Shown piece by piece: positions 27,188 through 36,044 of a stretch of 38,395 nucleotides of DNA. Both the position numbers and the translations under genes were made by a program. The stretch covers positions 1-38,395 of the forward strand of contig CAYNQI010000010.1 in NCBI GenBank assembly GCA_964399335.1. The letters are read 5' to 3'. Positions within the stretch are counted from its first letter, which is position 1. The number at the start of each line of letters is the position of its first letter. The DNA is from an uncultured Thermoplasmata archaeon. GTDB lineage: Archaea; Thermoplasmatota; Thermoplasmata; Halarchaeoplasmatales; Halarchaeoplasmataceae. The notes under the pieces are model-generated. The model had not been told where the DNA came from, did no database searches, and was given only the letters and a program-made list of their open reading frames with translations.

Positions 27188-29782
27188 TTAATCCTCAACC
27201 TCTTTTCTAAGTTTCCAAAGCTCATTCATAGCTTCCATTGGAGTCATGTTCTCGATATCCAACTTTTTCAATTCCTCTATAACAGGATGACTATCTGATG
27301 AGGTTTCACCAGTACTAGGGTCGAAGACAACCTGTTTGAATTTAGGACTATCTTTTGTTTCCATCTTTATAGTGTGGTCTTCTTCTATTTGTTTCAACAC
27401 TTCCATAGACCTTTCAACAACTGGATCCGGAACACCAGCTAAGGATGCTACATGGATTCCATAACTTTCGTCCGTATGACCTTCTCTAACTTTCCTTAGG
27501 AATGTAACTTCTCCTTCACTCTCTTTAACAGCAACGTGTAGATTTTTTACTCCTTTTAGAGACTTTTCGAGTTCGGTTATTTCATGATAGTGGGTGGCAA
27601 AAAGCGTTTTTGCCTTGATATTTTTATTAATATATTCTGTAACAGCCCACGCAATGCTCAAACCATCGAATGTACTTGTCCCACTCCCTATTTCATCCAG
27701 TAAAATCAAGCTATCCTGAGATGCATTATGTAATATATTGGCAAGTTCAACCATTTCGACCATGAATGTAGATTTTCCTTTCGTCAAAGCATCTAAAGAT
27801 CCAACACGAGTAAATATTCTATCCACGATTCCTATATGAGCTTTTTCAGCTGGTACGAAACTTCCGATTTGAGCCAGTAACGTGATTAAAGCGTTCTGTC
27901 TCATATATGTAGATTTACCTGACATATTTGGTCCTGTTATTATGATATACCTGTTGTTCCCCATATCTAGAAGAGCATCGTTCGGAATAAAACTATCCAC
28001 TGTTTTTTCAACCACGGGATGTCGTCCTTCTCTAATATCCAATCTACCGTTTTCTCCGATCTCTGGGCGATTATAATCATTTCTAACAGCAAGATGGGCG
28101 AAGGTTGTAATCACATCTATCTTTGATAGCACTTCAGCAGTTTTTTGAAATCTTTTAGAATGATCGCCAACTTCATCTCGAATCTCTTTGAATATTTCGT
28201 ATTCCAGAGCTTCCATCTTTTCTTCCGAACTGATTATTTCCTCTTCTTTATCTTTTAATTCCTCAGTATAATATCTTTCACTGTTCTTCAAAGTTTGTTT
28301 TCTGGAATAATGATCAGGAACTTTATCATCCTGAGTTTTAGATACCTCTATGTAGTATCCATGAACTTTATTATACCCGACTTTTAAAGTTTCGATACCG
28401 GTTCTATCCTTTTCTTTTCTTTCTAACGTATTAATCCATTTCTTTCCTTCTTTTGTTTTTCTTTTAAGTTCATCTAGATCATCATCGAATCCTTCTTTTA
28501 TGATACCCCCCTCTTTAACAGTAGTAGGTGGATCATCAATTATCGCATCATCGATGAGTTCCCAGATATCTGTCATTGTGTCTAAGGATTCTTTTAGGTT
28601 TAGTAAATAATCACTTTGAGCATCACTTAAAATTGTATCAAGGGGTTCCAATTTGCCTAGCACGTTTTTGATTGAAATAAGATCCCTAGCACTAGCGTTT
28701 CCGTAAACAACTCTGCTGATCAATCTCTCTATATCTGACATCCCATCCATCTGATCCCTGATATCATCTCTAAGAAATATCTCATCTTTTAGTTCTTGAA
28801 CCGCTCCTAATCTTTCTTCTATCAAATCAATGTCTAGTAAAGGCTGCTGTAGCCACTTCCTCAACCTTCTGTAGCCCATGGAAGTAACAGTATCATCCAT
28901 CACTTTCAATAGAGTTCCATCTTTACCACTCTCTCGCAAATTTTGAAAGATCTCTAAATTTTTTAAGGTGGTAGCATCTAAAGTCATGTAATCCTTATGG
29001 GAATAAAATTGTAATCTCTGGATATAGTCCATGGTCCTTTTTTGTGTATCTTCGAGATAATCTAGAACTGCCCCGGCAGATATTACAGCTAATTTTTTCC
29101 CTTGGATACCAAGAGGTTCTAAAGAATCGGTATTGAACTGATCCAATAGTTTTGACTCAGCAGGATGGTATCTGAATGCTTCATCTTTGTATTTATTTAT
29201 CATCATAGGAACTTCCTGTTTTAAATTTTCTACAAGCTGTTCATCATTAATCAAGGTCGATGATAAAATGCATTCCGAGGGCTCATATCTTACTATTTCT
29301 GAAATAAGCTCCTTTTGCTGATCTAATTGAGTTACTAAAAAATCCCCTGTAGATATATCAACTGCTGCCAAGCCATATGGCCCATCACCTGCAATCCCGA
29401 TGAGAAAATTATTACTGGAATCATCAAGTAATCCCTCGTCGATGACGGTCCCGGGTGTCACCACTCTTACTACTTCTCTATCAACCAATCCTTTAGCTTG
29501 TTTTGGATCTTCAACTTGCTCAGCAATAGCGACGGTATAACCATTTTTTATAAGTCTTTGAAGGTAAGAATCTACGGAGTGGTATGGAACTCCTGCCATG
29601 GGTATCGGATCGTTTTTTCCCTTATCCCTGGTAGTTAAGGCTATGTCAAGTTCTTTAGCTGCCAATTTTGCGTCTTCATCGAACATCTCGTAAAAATCCC
29701 CCATCCGAAAGAAAAGCATCGAGTCAGGGTATTGATTTTTTAGTTTGTAGTACTGCTTCATCATCGGTGTTCTATCTGCCAT
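27188..29782 (-). CDS. mutS: DNA mismatch repair protein MutS (MutS1)
   Basis: TPMMKQY, FFRMGDFYEMF, Walker A GPNMSGKST, STFMVEM, DEIGSGTSTFDG, SYGIHVA. Confidence 0.97.
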   Translation of the reverse strand: MADRTPMMKQYYKLKNQYPDSMLFFRMGDFYEMFDEDAKLAAKELDIALTTRDKGKNDPIPMAGVPYHSVDSYLQRLIKNGYTVAIAEQVEDPKQAKGLVDREVVRVVTPGTVIDEGLLDDSSNNFLIGIAGDGPYGLAAVDISTGDFLVTQLDQQKELISEIVRYEPSECILSSTLINDEQLVENLKQEVPMMINKYKDEAFRYHPAESKLLDQFNTDSLEPLGIQGKKLAVISAGAVLDYLEDTQKRTMDYIQRLQFYSHKDYMTLDATTLKNLEIFQNLRESGKDGTLLKVMDDTVTSMGYRRLRKWLQQPLLDIDLIEERLGAVQELKDEIFLRDDIRDQMDGMSDIERLISRVVYGNASARDLISIKNVLGKLEPLDTILSDAQSDYLLNLKESLDTMTDIWELIDDAIIDDPPTTVKEGGIIKEGFDDDLDELKRKTKEGKKWINTLERKEKDRTGIETLKVGYNKVHGYYIEVSKTQDDKVPDHYSRKQTLKNSERYYTEELKDKEEEIISSEEKMEALEYEIFKEIRDEVGDHSKRFQKTAEVLSKIDVITTFAHLAVRNDYNRPEIGENGRLDIREGRHPVVEKTVDSFIPNDALLDMGNNRYIIITGPNMSGKSTYMRQNALITLLAQIGSFVPAEKAHIGIVDRIFTRVGSLDALTKGKSTFMVEMVELANILHNASQDSLILLDEIGSGTSTFDGLSIAWAVTEYINKNIKAKTLFATHYHEITELEKSLKGVKNLHVAVKESEGEVTFLRKVREGHTDESYGIHVASLAGVPDPVVERSMEVLKQIEEDHTIKMETKDSPKFKQVVFDPSTGETSSDSHPVIEELKKLDIENMTPMEAMNELWKLRKEVED

Positions 29783-29869
29783 TTAAGTGCCTCCGTTGCA
29801 TTTTTCATTGATATGATATCTCCTTGAGATATGAAAAATGAAATGTATCTTATAAACCTTTTTTCAAGA

Positions 29870-29894
29870 GATGACAGAAAAAAGTTTTGTCATC
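29870..29894 (-). terminator. Hairpin just downstream of the tfb stop, possible terminator
   Basis: Inverted repeat GATGACA(29870-29876)/TGTCATC(29888-29894) with an A/T-rich loop, between tfb and the mutS promoter. Confidence 0.35.
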
Positions 29895-29900
29895 GAAAGA

Positions 29901-30854
29901 TTAGAGTAGAGTTTTTAGATTCAGTTCTTTGACGAGTTCTTTGTACCTGTTTCGAATAGTAACTTCTGTCACAAACGCGACCTTTGCGATATCATGTTGT
30001 GTTATTTTTTTCTTTCTGTTTTTTGCAGAGATATATATAGCTGCTGCTGCTAGACCTGAGGGGCATTTACCGGATAACATTTCGATTCTCTCAGCCTCAT
30101 CGATTATCTTCTTCGCTTCTTTTTGAATGTTATTGTCTAAACCTAATTCATTACAAAATCTTTCAATATAATCCTGAGCTTTGACCGGTTCCATTTTTAA
30201 TTGAAGTTCTTTACAGATGAATCTATATGTTCTTCCAATTTCTCTTTTATCAAGCATAGTTACTTCTGATATCTCATCTAAAGTTCTAGGGATACCTGCC
30301 TTTCTACAAGTTGTATATACACAAGACGAGGCTATACAATTTATGCTTCGCCCTCGTATCAGATTTTTTTTGACTGCCTCTCTGTAGAGTACACAAGCCT
30401 CTTCTCTTACTGTATTGGGTAAACTAATGATGGAACCTATCCTTTCGATTTCTCTAAATGCTTTTCTTAGGTTTTTTTCCATCGCGTTTGAAGCCATCAT
30501 CCTTTTTTGCCATTTTCTCAATCTGTACAATTGAGATCGGTTTTTATTCGATATAGGCTTACCATATGAGTCTTTATTTCTATGGTCGATTTCGGTACTC
30601 AATCCTTTATCGAAAACTCTTACTTTATCAGGTGGACCAGTTCGAACTTTTTGATCCTCTACGTCAGAATCATTTGAAAGCCACTCATCCCCTTGATAGA
30701 TGTATAATTCGTCCAATATCAGACCACAACTATTACACAATAAATCTCCATGTTGATAATCTAAAATAATATTTTGACTGCCACATTCAGGGCATACATT
30801 AACTATATTGACAGAATCTACTTTCTTGCCCACCTTAAATTCATATTCATACAC
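29901..30854 (-). CDS. tfb: Transcription initiation factor IIB (TFB)
   Basis: Zn ribbon CPECGS...CNSCG, LYRLRKWQKR, RGRSI, PRTLDEI, GKCPSGLAAAAIY, TEVTIRNRYKEL. GTG start with SD GGGGGTGA. Confidence 0.96.
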   Translation of the reverse strand: MYEYEFKVGKKVDSVNIVNVCPECGSQNIILDYQHGDLLCNSCGLILDELYIYQGDEWLSNDSDVEDQKVRTGPPDKVRVFDKGLSTEIDHRNKDSYGKPISNKNRSQLYRLRKWQKRMMASNAMEKNLRKAFREIERIGSIISLPNTVREEACVLYREAVKKNLIRGRSINCIASSCVYTTCRKAGIPRTLDEISEVTMLDKREIGRTYRFICKELQLKMEPVKAQDYIERFCNELGLDNNIQKEAKKIIDEAERIEMLSGKCPSGLAAAAIYISAKNRKKKITQHDIAKVAFVTEVTIRNRYKELVKELNLKTLL

Positions 30855-31154
30855 TCCTATCTCACCCCCGTTCTATTATATACCCTTTAAACTTGAACGG
30901 CAATATTAAGAATCTCCTTTGATATTAATAAAAGTATCGTTTACTATTTATGTTAAAAATGCATAAATTTTATATACGGTATTGTTTAAGGAGTTAAACT
31001 TTTATATTTTTTTTAAAATAACATTGGTTTAAAAGTAAATTTTTTTGAAAAAAATGGTTTTCAAGAATACTGATGCCTCCTCTTACCCACTAAAATCTGA
31101 CGATTTATAGTGGGCTCGTCAGAATCATAGATTCTAACTGCCAATTTTTTTTAA

Positions 31155-31273
31155 AAATGGGCTCTGCCGGAGAGTTTATTTCCATCGGAAATCAACGAGA
31201 GAGAGGAATTCATTCCTCTTGGTTTTCGAATCCGGATAAGCACATGAGTAGATACGAAATGGGCTCAGCCGGA
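31155..31273. repeat. 17-bp direct repeat of the tRNA-Val 3' end (att-like)
   Basis: AAATGGGCTCTGCCGGA (31155-31171) vs AAATGGGCTCAGCCGGA (31257-31273), 16/17 identical. Confidence 0.6.
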
Positions 31274-31333
31274 TTCGAACCGGCGACCTCCGCCATGTCA
31301 AGGCGACGTCATAACCAACTAGACTATGAGCCC
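31260..31333 (-). tRNA. tRNA-Val(GAC)
   Basis: GGGCTCATAGTCTAGTTGGTTATGACGTCGCCTTGACATGGCGGAGGTCGCCGGTTCGAATCCGGCTGAGCCCA: full cloverleaf, anticodon GAC, no encoded CCA. Confidence 0.97.
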
Positions 31334-31474
31334 TTTATGGATGGAAGAACAGGTCATCAATTGACTGTTCCACCACTTAACCCCACATTAATTAAATTGA
31401 TTATATATCATTTTCCCTCTAACATATGAATCAACGGAAAGATTGTTATATAGAAAGGATAAATCGAATATCAG

Positions 31475-33010
31475 ATGCAGCATTTAAAGAAGATCTTAGA
31501 GGACATATACTATGGTGAGATTAGTACACACAATGAATTACAGAAAGCCAAGATGAAGTATTGTAAAGAATTTGGCATCTCCGAACTTCCTAGGAATTCT
31601 GAATTGTTAAAATATGTTGAAGAAGTTGAAGGTGTAAAAAGGCAGGATGTGATTTCTGTACTCCAAAGGAAACCAGCTAGAAAAAAATCCGGGGTAACAG
31701 TGATCGCGTGTATGACATCCCCAGCAGAATGTCCTCACGGAAAATGTATCATGTGTCCCGGGGGTCCGAATAAAGAATCACCCTCCCCTCAATCCTATAC
31801 AGGTAATGAACCTGCTGCTCTTAGAGCCGAGAGGAACGATTTTGATCCAAAAAAGCAGGTAGAAGATAGATTACGACAGTACGAAGCCATAGGCCATAAA
31901 ATCGATAAGGTTGATCTTATCGTTATGGGAGGAACATTCCCAGCTAGGGAATGGGAGTATCAAAAGAGTTTTGTTAAAGGATGTTTGGATGGATTGAATG
32001 GCTCAGTATCTAAATCTTTAGACGAAGCCAAAAAAATCAATGAAACTGCTGATATCCGTTGCATCGGTTTAACAATAGAAACTAGACCTGACTATTGTAA
32101 AGAACAACAAATCGATCAGATGTTGGAATTGGGTGCAACTAGAGTTGAACTAGGTGTACAAAGTTTGAGAGATGAATTGTTAGATAACATAAACCGTGGT
32201 CATACAGTCAAAGATACTATCGAATCGACTAAATTAGCCAAGGAAAGAGGATTCAAAGTATGTTACCATATGATGCCTGGACTTCCCGGAAGTAATATTC
32301 AAGATGATCTAAGAGAGTTTAAAATATTATTTGATGATGAACGTTTTAAGCCAGACATGTTAAAGATTTATCCAACTTTAGTTGTCGAGGGAACTGAATT
32401 ATATGAAATGTGGAAAGAAGGGAAATTTGTTCCGTTAAATACTGAAAAAGCCTCTAAATTAGTTGCAAAGATGAAATCAATAGTTCCCCCTTATGTAAGA
32501 ATTCAAAGAGTTCAGAGAGACATCCCTTCACCTTTGGTGGATGCTGGAGTGAAAAAAAGTAATCTTCGCCAGTATGCCAGGAAGGAATTAAAAAATATGG
32601 GTCTTGAGTGTGATTGTATTAGGTGCAGAGAGGCTGGTCATTCAAATAAAGAAATTAATATTTCAGATATCGATATGAAGATAATCGATTATAGAGCCTC
32701 TGATGGTCGAGAATACTTTTTAGAAATAGGTGTTGATTCTATAATCATCGGTTATTCAAGGCTAAGAATTTGTGACTCTAACCCCCCTATTATACGGGAG
32801 TTAAAAGTCATAGGCTCGATGACCCCTGTGCAAAAACAAGGAGATAAGTACCAACACAAAGGTATCGGGAAAAAACTAGTCCAGGAATGTGAAAAAATTG
32901 CGTCATCAGAAGCAGAACGCTTAAGGGTGATAAGTGGAGTCGGTGCAAGAGAATATTATAAGAATTTAGGGTATGAGCTGGATGGATATTATATGGTAAA
33001 AAAGTTCTAG
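31475..33010 (+). CDS. elp3: tRNA uridine(34) acetyltransferase Elp3 (radical SAM + KAT)
   Basis: CPHGKCIMCPGG, QSYTGNEPA, MGGTF, ETRPD, ELGVQS, HMMPGLP, KIYPTLV, QHKGIG, ISGVGAREYY. Confidence 0.96.
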   Translation: MQHLKKILEDIYYGEISTHNELQKAKMKYCKEFGISELPRNSELLKYVEEVEGVKRQDVISVLQRKPARKKSGVTVIACMTSPAECPHGKCIMCPGGPNKESPSPQSYTGNEPAALRAERNDFDPKKQVEDRLRQYEAIGHKIDKVDLIVMGGTFPAREWEYQKSFVKGCLDGLNGSVSKSLDEAKKINETADIRCIGLTIETRPDYCKEQQIDQMLELGATRVELGVQSLRDELLDNINRGHTVKDTIESTKLAKERGFKVCYHMMPGLPGSNIQDDLREFKILFDDERFKPDMLKIYPTLVVEGTELYEMWKEGKFVPLNTEKASKLVAKMKSIVPPYVRIQRVQRDIPSPLVDAGVKKSNLRQYARKELKNMGLECDCIRCREAGHSNKEINISDIDMKIIDYRASDGREYFLEIGVDSIIIGYSRLRICDSNPPIIRELKVIGSMTPVQKQGDKYQHKGIGKKLVQECEKIASSEAERLRVISGVGAREYYKNLGYELDGYYMVKKF

Positions 33011-33468
33011 ATTGATTTGAATACTTCATGTTCTGGTTCGTAAATATCATCTATTTTTCTGATATTTTTGATAATAGTATCTACATCTCCCAGGTTACTT
33101 TTTTCAGCGACTTTCTCAAGGTCTTCTTTATTGAATTTTCCTAGTTCATCGGTTAATATTCTAGCCAAGATCAAAAGTTTTTCTCTTTGATTGTCCCCTT
33201 TAGACGATTCCTTAACTGCTTTATAGTATGGGTCTGAAAACTCTTTTTTTTCTTTTATCGGTTCTTCTTTACCTTTTAATTTTTCATTCAATCGCCCAAC
33301 AGCCCATGCCGCCTCTTTTTGGGAATTTGTTTGGTAATAAATATTCATCCTTTTGATCTTCATTTTATTACCGCAATAGTTACATTTCGTGGTTTTGTTC
33401 GTAAGATCAACAGAACGAGCATTTTGACAATCAGGACAAACAATTATCCCATATCTTTCTCTACTCAT
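33007..33468 (-). CDS. Zn-ribbon hypothetical protein (DUF1922/DUF5817-like)
   Basis: YGIIVCPDC...TTKCNYCG, then a helical C-terminus ending IYEPEHEVFKSI. Probable start MSRERY. Confidence 0.7.
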   Translation of the reverse strand: MSRERYGIIVCPDCQNARSVDLTNKTTKCNYCGNKMKIKRMNIYYQTNSQKEAAWAVGRLNEKLKGKEEPIKEKKEFSDPYYKAVKESSKGDNQREKLLILARILTDELGKFNKEDLEKVAEKSNLGDVDTIIKNIRKIDDIYEPEHEVFKSI

Positions 33469-33935
33469 GGTAGATACACCAGAATCGCTACAGCGCAACC
33501 AAACTTTGAATCTTCTATTTTCGTTTTAATGCTTTCAACTTGTACTTTCTCCAACGTGATATCTCTTATTCCCCCCATCTCTTTTACTTTCTTTTCTATT
33601 TGGTTATCAAACTCTTCCATATCGATGTCTTCCATGCACAATGAATGTTCAACAACGTATCCACCCCCGTCTTTATCAAATCCGTAACCGATCCCTGCGG
33701 CTACTTCATTTTTTACTCCAACAGCTTCAGCTAAAACGCATGGAAGAAATGATCCAAATTCTTTATCAACTCGACTTACTTTTTTGATCCCTTTTGGTAA
33801 AATAGAAGAAACTCGAATAAGGTTGAGATCGCCGACTCCAGCATCTAAGTATGCATTATCTATAGCATTTAGTGTAGACACATCATCTTTACCTATACCT
33901 TTTTTTACAGCGAAATGTTCGAATTCTTGAAACAT
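33465..33935 (-). CDS. pdaD: Pyruvoyl-dependent arginine decarboxylase
   Basis: NAIDNAYLDAGVGDLNLIRVSSILP (SS cleavage site), GGYVVE, CAVAILVY. Confidence 0.88.
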   Translation of the reverse strand: MFQEFEHFAVKKGIGKDDVSTLNAIDNAYLDAGVGDLNLIRVSSILPKGIKKVSRVDKEFGSFLPCVLAEAVGVKNEVAAGIGYGFDKDGGGYVVEHSLCMEDIDMEEFDNQIEKKVKEMGGIRDITLEKVQVESIKTKIEDSKFGCAVAILVYLP

Positions 33936-34004
33936 CTATTTTTCCTAAATAGCGGTCTGATTTAAATCTTTCAGGTATAAGAACAATAAAAGTAGTTATA
34001 AAAA

Positions 34005-34012
34005 TTTATATA
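34005..34012 (+). promoter_or_regulatory. TATA box of the small membrane-protein gene
   Basis: TTTATATA about 23 nt upstream of ATG 34035, consistent with a leaderless transcript. Confidence 0.5.
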
Positions 34013-34034
34013 ATTCAGTTGAATTACAAGAAAC

Positions 34035-34208
34035 ATGCCAGTAATAATACCCATATTAATAATGCTTGGGATCTTTGTTTTAATCTTTATCGTATGGTTT
34101 ATCTGGCATCTTATCAAATGCGTTATCGTGTTGATACTGATCGCTGTTGTGGTGGCAGCACTATGGTTTTTTGGTGAACTTTCACAGTTTATACCACTGA
34201 TGTTTTGA
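34035..34208 (+). CDS. Small (57 aa) two-TM membrane protein, not in ORF track
   Basis: MPVIIPILIMLGIFVLIFIVWFIWHLIKCVIVLILIAVVVAALWFFGELSQFIPLMF*; upstream TATA box. Confidence 0.7.
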   Translation: MPVIIPILIMLGIFVLIFIVWFIWHLIKCVIVLILIAVVVAALWFFGELSQFIPLMF

Positions 34209-34271
34209 TTTCCATATGCCATAAATTTTTTGTTTAATAAATTTAAAATAGACTGTCCGTAATGTTTTAAC

Positions 34272-34970
34272 ATGAAAATCTTAGAACAGTTCCAAGATAT
34301 TCAAAACAAGTTATATTGTTTTTCTGAATTGATTCCTATTAAATCTTTCCTGATCTTCGGCGAACTATCTTTAATTTTCATATTATTGTTTTCGTTATTA
34401 TTTCACGAATACTTAAACAATCTTGTAGTTTGGCTCGTAGTCATCTTCCTTGGTTTTTTAATAATACTCTCTTTCCTCTTACTATTTTCAAAACATAACT
34501 TCACACTCATCGCATTCTTAGCGGGAATGTTTTTAATAGCTGGTTTATCAATAATTTCATTCTTTATAGAATTAACATTGGTTAATCTACATATCCATAT
34601 GCTTGAAATTTTGTTTATAGTAAATGCCATCTTCATTTTTTTTATAGGTTTTAAGTTGTTAACATACCAAAAGTCTAAAATTGAAAAGAAAGGTTTTTTA
34701 TTAATGTCATGGATATATTCTATTTTATTCATAGCTTATATTCCGGTTTCAGAAATAGATATGTCATTAAAAAGCGTAGGATATGGTTTAGTCACTTCTC
34801 TATTATTTGGAGGATTTTTATCTGCAGCCTCCTCTTTACTTTATTTAAAAAATCTAAAAGCTGATGAGATGAGGAAAGAAAAGATATTACAAAAAAATAG
34901 GAGGAGAAATAGTTTTTTAGAAGATCATACTGATGACTATGAAAAGATAAATAAGCTACAAAGGGATTGA
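34272..34970 (+). CDS. Hypothetical multi-pass membrane protein
   Basis: About 6 hydrophobic segments and a basic C-terminal tail. No family recognised. Confidence 0.65.
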   Translation: MKILEQFQDIQNKLYCFSELIPIKSFLIFGELSLIFILLFSLLFHEYLNNLVVWLVVIFLGFLIILSFLLLFSKHNFTLIAFLAGMFLIAGLSIISFFIELTLVNLHIHMLEILFIVNAIFIFFIGFKLLTYQKSKIEKKGFLLMSWIYSILFIAYIPVSEIDMSLKSVGYGLVTSLLFGGFLSAASSLLYLKNLKADEMRKEKILQKNRRRNSFLEDHTDDYEKINKLQRD

Positions 34971-34997
34971 GTTCCATTATAAATTGGAGATGAGAGT

Positions 34998-35519
34998 TTG
35001 AATAGAAGTATAATCCAGGTTTATACTGGTGATGGTAAAGGAAAAACTACTGCCGCAATTGGATTGGCTGCTAGAGCTGCTGGTAATGATATGAATGTTC
35101 TAATAATTCAATTCATGAAAGCTGATCCAACTGGCGAAAGGATATCTTTAAAAAATATTGACGATGTCAAGATCGAAAATTACGGTTTTTCAGACTTCTT
35201 AAAAAAGGGAAAAATAAAAGAAAAAGATATATTAGAAGTTAAAGAAGGATTCAAACGGGCAATACGTGCAATGGAACAGGAAAACTGGGATATCCTAATT
35301 CTTGATGAAATTAATGTCGTTTTAGATCTGGAATTACTTGAATTAGATAATTTTATAGATTTCTTAAGAAGATATGGTGAAAAGAAAGTTGAAATAATTT
35401 TAACCGGTCGTAATGCCCCTCAAGAGATCATAGAATTAGCTTCGCTCGTGACCGAAATGAAATGTATCAAACATCCTTACGAAGAGGGTTTACAAGCGAG
35501 AAAAGGTATCGAATATTAA
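34998..35519 (+). CDS. cobO: Cob(I)yrinic acid a,c-diamide adenosyltransferase (CobO/BtuR type)
   Basis: VYTGDGKGKTTAAIGLAARAAG, IQFMK, ILDEIN, LTGRNAP, KHPYEEG...RKGIEY. TTG start. Confidence 0.95.
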   Translation: MNRSIIQVYTGDGKGKTTAAIGLAARAAGNDMNVLIIQFMKADPTGERISLKNIDDVKIENYGFSDFLKKGKIKEKDILEVKEGFKRAIRAMEQENWDILILDEINVVLDLELLELDNFIDFLRRYGEKKVEIILTGRNAPQEIIELASLVTEMKCIKHPYEEGLQARKGIEY

Positions 35520-35520
35520 A

Positions 35521-36027
35521 TTAACTTTTATAGGATTCATAAACACCTTCTTTATGCTCGTCTCGAAGATGGTGATAATGGACTGCATTGGTCTTAGTTT
35601 TCTCCCTCAGTTTATCATCCCCTTCTTTTATGATCTTAGCTGGAACACCTACTGCGATGCTATAATCCGGGATCTCCATATCTTCTCTTACTAATGCATT
35701 TGCACCTATAATACAACCGTTTCCCACATCAGCACCAGATAAAACGGTAGAATTCATACCGATGATCGTCTCATCCCCGATTTCACATCCGTGAACTACT
35801 GCTCCATGTCCTACTGTTACATTTTTACCAATAGTCGTATGATGTTCCTCATCTACATGAACTACAGCACAATCCTGGATATTCGTCCCGTCATGGATCT
35901 CGATAAAATTCTGATCACCTCTTAAAACTGCATTAGGCCATATACTGCATCCCTTGCCTAACTCGACATCCCCAATAATAGTACTACTTTTAGATATAAA
36001 GCAGGACTCTGGTATAGACAGTGACAA
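35521..36027 (-). CDS. Gamma-carbonic anhydrase family hexapeptide-repeat protein
   Basis: [37 protein letters not shown]. Confidence 0.92.
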   Translation of the reverse strand: MSLSIPESCFISKSSTIIGDVELGKGCSIWPNAVLRGDQNFIEIHDGTNIQDCAVVHVDEEHHTTIGKNVTVGHGAVVHGCEIGDETIIGMNSTVLSGADVGNGCIIGANALVREDMEIPDYSIAVGVPAKIIKEGDDKLREKTKTNAVHYHHLRDEHKEGVYESYKS

Positions 36028-36044
36028 TCAAATCCCTCTCTAAT

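Noticed and set aside
31066-31126. Box C/D sRNA on the plus strand (CTGATG...CTGA...CAGA)
   Set aside because: Boxes C, C' and D are poor, spacing is atypical, and no guide target was recognisable.
30900-31200. Possible replication origin (AT-rich tract plus TTCCATCGGAAAT mini-ORB-like motif)
   Set aside because: Only one weak ORB-like copy, no G-string, and no adjacent cdc6/orc1.
31157-31429. 90-aa plus-strand ORF
   Set aside because: It is the antisense of tRNA-Val (GSAGFEPATS is the classic tRNA shadow translation).
33971-34273. 100-aa minus-strand ORF
   Set aside because: Antisense to the better supported 57-aa membrane gene; no motifs.
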